DNA of 64,000 nucleotides from Treponemataceae bacterium (GTDB lineage Bacteria > Spirochaetota > Spirochaetia > Treponematales > Rectinemataceae): assembly GCA_963678065.2 (NCBI GenBank), contig CAXXVZ010000004.1, forward strand, positions 1 through 64,000. Reading direction: 5' to 3'. The translations under genes were made by a program, and so were the position numbers. The first letter of the stretch is position 1. Each line of letters starts with the position of its first letter. The notes under the pieces are model-generated. The model saw only the letters and a program-made list of their open reading frames with translations. It made no database searches and was not told where the DNA came from. Of this stretch, positions 57,948 through 64,000 are shown in pieces.

Positions 57948-58775
57948 CTATCCTTTGAGTCCGGTCATGGCGATGCCCCGGACGATCTGTTTCTGGAACA
58001 GAAGGAAGATGACGACGAGGGGCAGCATGGAGACGGTAGCCCCTGTCATGATGAGGTGCCAGTCGCTGCCGGCTTCGCCCGAGAAGTTGGCGAGCCCTAC
58101 CGGCAGGGTGAACATCGCCGGCTTGGAGGCGATGATGAGGGGCCAGAGGAAGGCGTTCCAGTTGCCGATGAAGTTGAAGATCGCGAGGGTCGCGAGAGCC
58201 GGCGTCACGAGGGGCATGACGACGGTCAAAAAAATGCCGAGTTCGCCCCGCCCGTCGATCCGCGCCGCGTCGATGAGATCGTCGGGTATCGTCGACATGA
58301 ACTGGCGCATCAGGAAGACGCCGAATGCGCTGATCATGCCGGGAAACATGATGCCCCAGTAGGTATTTCCCCACTTGAGCGCGCGGGAGAGGGCGTACCA
58401 GGGGATGACGAGCATCTCGGTGGGTATCATGAGTGTGCTGATGATGAGGAGGAAGATAGCCTTCTTTCCGGGAAAACTGAACTTCGAGAGGGTGTAGCCC
58501 AGGAGCGAATCGAAGAAGAGGACGGAGCATGTGGTGCATACCGCGACGATAGCGCTGTTGAGGAACCAGTGCGGGAAGCGGGAGTGGCTCGACAGGAGGA
58601 TGAAGGAGTAGTTGTCGAGGGTCGGCCTTTCCGGGAAGAGCCTGAGCTGGAATATCTGCGTCGCGTCCTTGAAGGACGACAGGAGCATCCAGATGAAGGG
58701 GAAAACCATGGTCACGGAGAGAAGAATCAGGATGGCGTAGGAGGCCGCCATCGTGGCCTTTTTGTCTGTCGTCAT
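57948..58775 (-). CDS. Carbohydrate ABC transporter permease
   Basis: GYTLSKFSFPGK; IPDDLIDAARIDG; WNAFLWPL; AGGAGG RBS. Confidence 0.93.
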   Translation of the reverse strand: MTTDKKATMAASYAILILLSVTMVFPFIWMLLSSFKDATQIFQLRLFPERPTLDNYSFILLSSHSRFPHWFLNSAIVAVCTTCSVLFFDSLLGYTLSKFSFPGKKAIFLLIISTLMIPTEMLVIPWYALSRALKWGNTYWGIMFPGMISAFGVFLMRQFMSTIPDDLIDAARIDGRGELGIFLTVVMPLVTPALATLAIFNFIGNWNAFLWPLIIASKPAMFTLPVGLANFSGEAGSDWHLIMTGATVSMLPLVVIFLLFQKQIVRGIAMTGLKG

Positions 58776-58783
58776 GCCGCCTC

Positions 58784-59671
58784 CTAATAACTCGCCTTGC
58801 GGTCGAAGAACTTGAGCTGGAGGAGGGTGACGGCCATGATGATGGCGAAGAGGATGAGGCTGGCCGCGGCCGCCCTGCCCAGCTCGAACTTCATGAAGGC
58901 CGACTGGTATATGTAGAGGGCCGCCGACTTGGTCGAATTGAGGGGGCCTCCCATGGCCTGCGTCGACATGTTGTAGACGGGCGTGAATATCCTGAGGAAC
59001 TGGATACCCTGCATGATCGCGAGAAAAAGGGTGATCGGAAGGAGGAGGGGGAGGATGATGCGGAAGAGAACCGTCCTGCCCGTGGCCCCGTCGATCTTCG
59101 CGGCCTCGATGCAGTCGGAGGGGATGGTCTGGATTCCCGCGAGGAAGACCGTCACGCAGTAGCCGAGCTCGACCCATACGTTGACCGCGAGGATGGAATA
59201 GAGGGCAGTTTTCGGACTGTTCAGAAATTCCTGCGCAGGAAGTCCGAGCGATCCGAGAACATTGTTGATGAGACCGAGCGGCGGCGTCTGGAACATCCAG
59301 CGCCAGACCCAGCTCACCGCGACGATGGGCGTGATGTAGGGCAGGACGTAGATGAGCCTGAAGAGTCCCTTTCCGCGCCCGATCCCGTTGAGCAGGAGCG
59401 CTATCGCGAGGCTGATCACGATGACGGCCGGCGCGCCGATGAGGGAATAGCGCGCCGTATTCCCGAGCGAAGAGAGGAATGCGGGGTCGCCGAAGACGGC
59501 TTTGAAGTTTTCCAGGCCGATGAACGCGTTCGTCTTGCGCAAAAGGCTCCAGTCCGTCAGGCTGCGCCCCATCATGTAGAGCATGGGGCCGAATCGCACG
59601 CCGAGGAAGAAGATCAGCGGCAGGACAAGAAAGAGGTATGCCGTCACGGCTCGTTTCTTTGCCAGAGTCAT
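58784..59671 (-). CDS. Carbohydrate ABC transporter permease
   Basis: FIGLENF; IPSDCIEAAKIDGA; GGPLNST; GRAAA. Confidence 0.93.
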   Translation of the reverse strand: MTLAKKRAVTAYLFLVLPLIFFLGVRFGPMLYMMGRSLTDWSLLRKTNAFIGLENFKAVFGDPAFLSSLGNTARYSLIGAPAVIVISLAIALLLNGIGRGKGLFRLIYVLPYITPIVAVSWVWRWMFQTPPLGLINNVLGSLGLPAQEFLNSPKTALYSILAVNVWVELGYCVTVFLAGIQTIPSDCIEAAKIDGATGRTVLFRIILPLLLPITLFLAIMQGIQFLRIFTPVYNMSTQAMGGPLNSTKSAALYIYQSAFMKFELGRAAAASLILFAIIMAVTLLQLKFFDRKASY

Positions 59672-59701
59672 CCAGAATCCTCCGTCGGGAATCCGTGTTG
59701 C

Positions 59702-59746
59702 GCCGCAGGTCCCCCCCGCGCGTGATGCGACCGGGGGCCTGCGGCA
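59702..59746. other. GC-rich stem-loop between the binding-protein and permease genes
   Basis: GCCGCAGGTCCCC...GGGGGCCTGCGGC inverted repeat with no T-tract. Confidence 0.5.
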
Positions 59747-59761
59747 TTGTCGTCCGGTCGA

Positions 59762-61015
59762 TTATTTCCAGAAATCGTCGATGAGTTTCTGTTCCTTGGC
59801 AGCGGTCTGCTTCAGGACGTCGGCGACCTTCGCGCCTTTGAGGTTGATCTCGTCGACCATGTCCACGAAGAGAGTCCTCTGGCCGGCTTCGTCGACATAG
59901 GCCGTCGCCTTGGCGTAGGGAAGACCTTTGAGGAAGACGCTGACGTAGGGGTCGTTCTTGTGAGCTTCGCCTATCTTCGGATTCGCGGGCAGTTCTCCGA
60001 CTTTTGCGAGCCAGAGCTCCATGACCTCAGGAGAGGTGATGAACTTGAGGAACTTCACGGAGGCTTCGAGCTTCTTGCCGCTCACGCCCGAGACGATGCC
60101 GTGGGTCCAGAAGGAGGCGAAATTCGACTTGATTCCCTTGTTCGTCGGGAGTTCGGCGGCGCCCCACTCGAGGTCCTTGACCGCGTTGAGGGTGGCGATG
60201 CGGAAGGAGCCGTCGATGTTCATCGCGGCTTTCTGGGCTTTGAAGGCGGTGACATCGTCCGTCGCGAAGTTAGGGTACCCGACCTTGTCTTTCATGATGC
60301 GGTCCATGTACCACTGGAGGGCCGCGGCGGCCTCGGGGGTGTTGTACTGCACTTTCCTGTAGCCGGCGTCGTAGGGTGTGTTGCCGAACTGCCTGAAGAG
60401 AACCTCGCGGATCCAGCTGTGGCCCTGGCCGTTGGGCTGCATCGCGAGTCCGGCCTGGATGAGGTTGCCCTGGGCGTCGTACTTGGACAGCTTCTTCGCG
60501 AAGGCCGCGAGCTCGTCGAGGGTCTTGGGCGGAACGTTCGGGTCGAGCCCGGCCTCTTTGAAGAGCTTCTTGTTCCAGATGAGGGCGAGGGTCCGCACGG
60601 CGGTGGGCACCGAGTACAGTTTTCCGTCGAAGTCCACATTCTCCACGACGAAGGGATAGAAGGTGCTCTTCATGTAGTCGGCGGAGAAATCGGTCTTCGG
60701 GAGCTCCTGGATGTAGCCGGCCTTCACGTACATCGGCAGCCAGCCGCAGAAGAGGTTGATGAGGTCCGGACCTTCGCCCGCGGGGATGGAGGCCGCGACC
60801 TTCTGGTTGTAGCTCTCGTAGGGGAAGGTCACCTGCTCGACCTTGATGTCGGGGTTCTTCTGCATGAACTGCTTGATGAGCTCGTCCATGAGCTCCACCT
60901 TGGACTGGTAGTAATACTGCCAGTAGGTGATGGTCACCTTCTGCGCGGATGCGGAAACCGCGGAGAAGGCCACAAGCGCCACCAGAACGAGCGCTATGCC
61001 ACGGAATCGTTTCAT
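59762..61015 (-). CDS. Carbohydrate ABC transporter substrate-binding protein
   Basis: Signal peptide ending ASA; GKLYSVP...LIWNKKLFKEAGLDP..PPKT. Confidence 0.93.
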   Translation of the reverse strand: MKRFRGIALVLVALVAFSAVSASAQKVTITYWQYYYQSKVELMDELIKQFMQKNPDIKVEQVTFPYESYNQKVAASIPAGEGPDLINLFCGWLPMYVKAGYIQELPKTDFSADYMKSTFYPFVVENVDFDGKLYSVPTAVRTLALIWNKKLFKEAGLDPNVPPKTLDELAAFAKKLSKYDAQGNLIQAGLAMQPNGQGHSWIREVLFRQFGNTPYDAGYRKVQYNTPEAAAALQWYMDRIMKDKVGYPNFATDDVTAFKAQKAAMNIDGSFRIATLNAVKDLEWGAAELPTNKGIKSNFASFWTHGIVSGVSGKKLEASVKFLKFITSPEVMELWLAKVGELPANPKIGEAHKNDPYVSVFLKGLPYAKATAYVDEAGQRTLFVDMVDEINLKGAKVADVLKQTAAKEQKLIDDFWK

Positions 61016-61177
61016 GCCTTGCCTCCTTCTTGCCTTGGGTCGACGCCGGCGATCGGCGCCGGGACAGCCCTCAGGCGTATTGCAGGCGGCTGAAGCGGCC
61101 GGGCCCGGCCCGGTGACGCTCCTCGCCGCGAAAAACCTGATTCTAGAGGGTTCCGCCTATCCGGAATCCCCCTCCGC

Positions 61178-62287
61178 CTAGCCGGAGAAGACAGCCTTCA
61201 GCCAGGATTCCATCGCGAGAGCCGCCGCTCCGGCCACGCCGGGTTCGGACGACTCTGGCGGTTCGCACGAGACCTGCATCGGGCAAAGCCGCCCGAGCCA
61301 GTCGCGCAGCCGCTCGAGAAGGGCCGGCCCGAATCGCTCACGCCCCGCGCGCCCGATCACCACCCGGTCGATATCGAGCGCGACACAGATGTTCGCGAGG
61401 GCGAGGGCGAGCAGGGACGCCACACGGTCGAGGGAGGCCAAGGAGAGCCCGCCTTCACTCTCGGCCTCGTCCCAGAACGAGGTGAGATCCATCCGCCCCT
61501 CGAGCCAGCCCGGTATCCCGGCGGAAGACGTGCTTCCTCCCTCAAGGACCATGTAGCCGATCTCGCCCGCGCAGGAGCGGGGCCCGCTCCTGAGTCTTCC
61601 ATCCAGGACGAGCCCTGCGCCGACTCCGCGTCCCAACTCGACGAAGACGAGGTCGCCTCCCTCGCCGGGCCCGCGCGCGGCGAGCTCGCCCAAGGCGGCG
61701 GCATTCGCATCGTTCACGACGAGGACGGGGAATCCGAGCTCCGCCTCGAGCCCGGCCGTCAAGGGCGCGTAGTCGATGTCATCCTTGATTCCGACGAGGG
61801 GTGCACGCTCTATGACGCAGCGAAGGGGATCCACGACGCCCGGCACACCGACGCCGACGCCCCGGACGAGATTCCGCGGCACGCCGGACTGTTCGATGAG
61901 CGCTTCGATCTCGCGGGAGAGAAGGGAGCCGAGAAGAACGCGCAGATCGGGCGGGGCCGGGGAGCGCCGGAGAGTGTGGATTCTCCCCGAGAGGTCTACG
62001 AGGCCGACGCTCAGGTGCAGGCCGTCGTATTCTGTCCCCACGGCGTAGGCCGCGCAGGATTCGAAGCGGATGAGCATGGGCTTCCTGCCGAGGGCGGACT
62101 CGCCCTCGCCTGCCATGCCCACAATGCCGAGCGCGGAATAGTAGTCGATTATCTTGATGACCGTCGGGGCGCTGACGCCGCAGAGGCGGGTGATCTCCGC
62201 CTTGGAGATTTCCCCCTCGGACCGGATCAGGTCATAGACGACCTTGCGGTTGTGCTCTTTCAGGTCGGAAGCGACATGGGACCGCAT
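61178..62287 (-). CDS. ROK-family transcriptional regulator
   Basis: N-terminal HTH ISKAEI...GVSAPTV, GRKP; GVGVPG, VNDANAAALGE, GVGAG and AGEIGY. Confidence 0.93.
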   Translation of the reverse strand: MRSHVASDLKEHNRKVVYDLIRSEGEISKAEITRLCGVSAPTVIKIIDYYSALGIVGMAGEGESALGRKPMLIRFESCAAYAVGTEYDGLHLSVGLVDLSGRIHTLRRSPAPPDLRVLLGSLLSREIEALIEQSGVPRNLVRGVGVGVPGVVDPLRCVIERAPLVGIKDDIDYAPLTAGLEAELGFPVLVVNDANAAALGELAARGPGEGGDLVFVELGRGVGAGLVLDGRLRSGPRSCAGEIGYMVLEGGSTSSAGIPGWLEGRMDLTSFWDEAESEGGLSLASLDRVASLLALALANICVALDIDRVVIGRAGRERFGPALLERLRDWLGRLCPMQVSCEPPESSEPGVAGAAALAMESWLKAVFSG

Positions 62288-62314
62288 TCGATTCGCTCCT
62301 CTCGGGGGATTAAT

Positions 62315-62357
62315 TAACTAACTTAGTTATTTAATAGGGAGTATTTCGAATTGTCAA
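62315..62357 (-). promoter_or_regulatory. ROK promoter/operator region
   Basis: Minus-strand TTGACA at 62357-62352; perfect inverted repeat TAACTAA-C-TTAGTTA at 62315-62329 in an AT-rich patch. Confidence 0.55.
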
Positions 62358-62467
62358 GTAAAAAACGATACCACTGCCCCGATTTTGACAAAATCCGGAA
62401 TGTGCGTGTGAGAAAAACACTCTGACGACGCCGGACACATGGCTCGCGGGAGCCGCAGGACCGGAGT

Positions 62468-63079
62468 CTACCGGAGAACCGGCGCCGGGCCCGCCGGCCC
62501 GCTTCCCCCAATGAGTTCCTCCCAGCCTTCCCGCGACGCCAGTTCGAGGACGGGTATGACGGGGGAAGGAAGTCCCTCAGGCCCGAGCCGGATTTCGTAG
62601 AACGCGATGTCGCGCCACTCGCCTGACTTGAAACCGACGCCCCGGTGGGTTCCGGCGAGGGACATGCCCACGGACTCGTGGAGGGCGATGCTCTCCGGGT
62701 TCGGCAGCGCGATCCCCGCCACGGCGTAACGGAAGCCCTGGGCCGAGAGCACGCGGAAGAGGGCCGCGTACAGCGTCCTTCCGAGGCCGCGCTGTCTGTG
62801 CCCGGGGTGGACGTAGACCGAGCTCTCGCAGGACCAGTCGTAGGCCTGCCTGTCCCTCCAGCGGCCGGCATACGCGTACCCGGCGATCCCGGCCCCGTCT
62901 TCCGCCACCAGCCAGGGGTAGCCGTGCCCTGCCTTGTCCCGGATGCGGCCGCGCATCGCGGACTCGTCGGGCGGATCGTACTCCCAGGATATGGCAGTGT
63001 CGCGCACGATGGGCGCGTAGATTTCGAGAATGCCTGGCGCATCCTCTTCGCGGGCGAGTCTTATTCGGTATTCCTTCAC
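62468..63079 (-). CDS. GNAT N-acetyltransferase, phosphinothricin-acetyltransferase (Pat/YncA)-like
   Basis: IYAPIV.DTAISWE, GYAYA..WR.R.AY, SVYV..RQRGLG, PNPESIALH and VGFK. Confidence 0.9.
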   Translation of the reverse strand: MKEYRIRLAREEDAPGILEIYAPIVRDTAISWEYDPPDESAMRGRIRDKAGHGYPWLVAEDGAGIAGYAYAGRWRDRQAYDWSCESSVYVHPGHRQRGLGRTLYAALFRVLSAQGFRYAVAGIALPNPESIALHESVGMSLAGTHRGVGFKSGEWRDIAFYEIRLGPEGLPSPVIPVLELASREGWEELIGGSGPAGPAPVLR

Positions 63080-63098
63080 ACTCCCTTCCTTTGCCGGT

Positions 63099-64000
63099 TT
63101 ACAGATCCGTTATCGTTCCGTTCGCGGCCTCGGCCGCGAGCCCCAGGGTTTCCGACAGGGTCGGATGGGGGTGGATGCTGCGGCCGATGTCTTCCATGTC
63201 GGCGCCCATCTCGATCGCCAGAGTGGCCTCCGCGATGAGCTCGCCGGCGTGGGGGCCGACAAGGGCCGCGCCGATTATCCGTTTCGTTCTCGCGTCGAAG
63301 AGGGCCTTGGTGAAGCCCTCGATGTTTCCCATGCTCAGGGAGCGCCCGCTCGCCTTCCAGGGGAAGGATCCGAGGATATACTCAATCCCCTTCTCTTTCG
63401 CCTCCTTCTCGGTCAAGCCCGTCCAGGCGAGCTCCGGAGAGGTGTAGGCGACAGAGGGGATGGCGAGGGCGACGAAGGCTGACGCGCGGCCGCAGGCGAC
63501 TTCCGCCGCCACCCTGCCCTCGTGGGCGGCCTTGTGCGCGAGCTGGGGGCCGGGCACGATGTCGCCGATGGCGAAGATGTTCGGCACCTTCGTTCTCATG
63601 CACTCGTCGACGGGAATGCGACCCTTTCCGTCCGCCTCAAGCCCAGTTTTTTCCAGGCCGATGAGGTCGGCGTTAGTCCTGCGGCCGACAGAGATGAGGG
63701 CCGCGTCGAAGAGCTCCTCCGCCTCGCCCCAGGAGACGCGTATGCCGCCTTCCTCCGCCCGCATCGCCGTCACCTTCGCGTTCAGAAAGACGCGCCAGCC
63801 TGAGCGCTTGTACTTCCGCTGGAGGACTTCGGCCAGATCGGCGTCGGCGGGCGGAACGAGGTGGTCCATCATCTCGACGATGGTGATCTCGCTGCCGAAT
63901 GCGCTGTAGACGGTCGCCATCTCGAGCCCGATGATTCCCCCGCCGAGAATGAACAGGCGTTTCGGGATCGAGTCGAGCCTGAGGGCGTCCGTCGAGTTCC
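63099..64000 (-). CDS. lpdA: Dihydrolipoamide dehydrogenase, C-terminal part (truncated by window edge)
   Basis: GGGIIGLE, IFAIGDI..GPQLAHKA, IPSVAYTSPE and IHPHPTLSE. Confidence 0.95.
   Translation of the reverse strand, partial: NSTDALRLDSIPKRLFILGGGIIGLEMATVYSAFGSEITIVEMMDHLVPPADADLAEVLQRKYKRSGWRVFLNAKVTAMRAEEGGIRVSWGEAEELFDAALISVGRRTNADLIGLEKTGLEADGKGRIPVDECMRTKVPNIFAIGDIVPGPQLAHKAAHEGRVAAEVACGRASAFVALAIPSVAYTSPELAWTGLTEKEAKEKGIEYILGSFPWKASGRSLSMGNIEGFTKALFDARTKRIIGAALVGPHAGELIAEATLAIEMGADMEDIGRSIHPHPTLSETLGLAAEAANGTITDL

Noticed and set aside
55428..59747. Long N-terminal extensions of the ArgH-like (to 57398) and permease (to 59747) ORFs
   Set aside because: They overlap upstream genes out of frame; RBS-supported starts lie at 56867 and 58775
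1..64000. CRISPR arrays, tRNA/rRNA, IS elements, integrases, phage or defence genes
   Set aside because: I saw no regularly spaced repeats, RNA-gene signatures or corresponding protein motifs

Overview
This is a GC-rich bacterial chromosomal window made almost entirely of carbohydrate uptake and catabolism loci. It is possibly from a free-living spirochaete; that is inference only, from Firmicute-like sugar gene families combined with mostly non-lipidated binding proteins. From left to right it holds: (1) the end of a kdp operon (kdpB', kdpC, a frameshifted kdpD, no kdpE); (2) an AraC / aldo-keto reductase / M20 and M24 peptidase / sugar ABC / UroD-fold / YesMN-like locus; (3) an ABC + two aldolases + GH112 phosphorylase operon with a divergent NarXL-type two-component pair; (4) a visibly lower-GC block of about 17 kb (27.5-44.8 kb); (5) a pectin/rhamnogalacturonan locus (LacI, GH105, ABC, CE12); (6) DUF2804 and DMT genes; (7) a ROK-ABC-amidohydrolase-argininosuccinate-lyase-like-cysteine-desulfidase-like run; (8) a GNAT and a partial lpdA. 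The lower-GC block encodes a lactonase, three Zn-dehydrogenases, two split transketolases, an Fe-ADH, an epimerase, SDR, VOC, TRAP transporter, RbsD, DeoR and a divergent RpiB, but no sugar kinase. It is the best candidate for an undescribed system: its RpiB and transketolases appear by eye to have altered phosphate-binding residues, suggesting catabolism of a non-phosphorylated anionic sugar. I saw no rRNA, tRNA, CRISPR array, transposase or integrase. All family calls come from motif recognition by eye; no searches were run.
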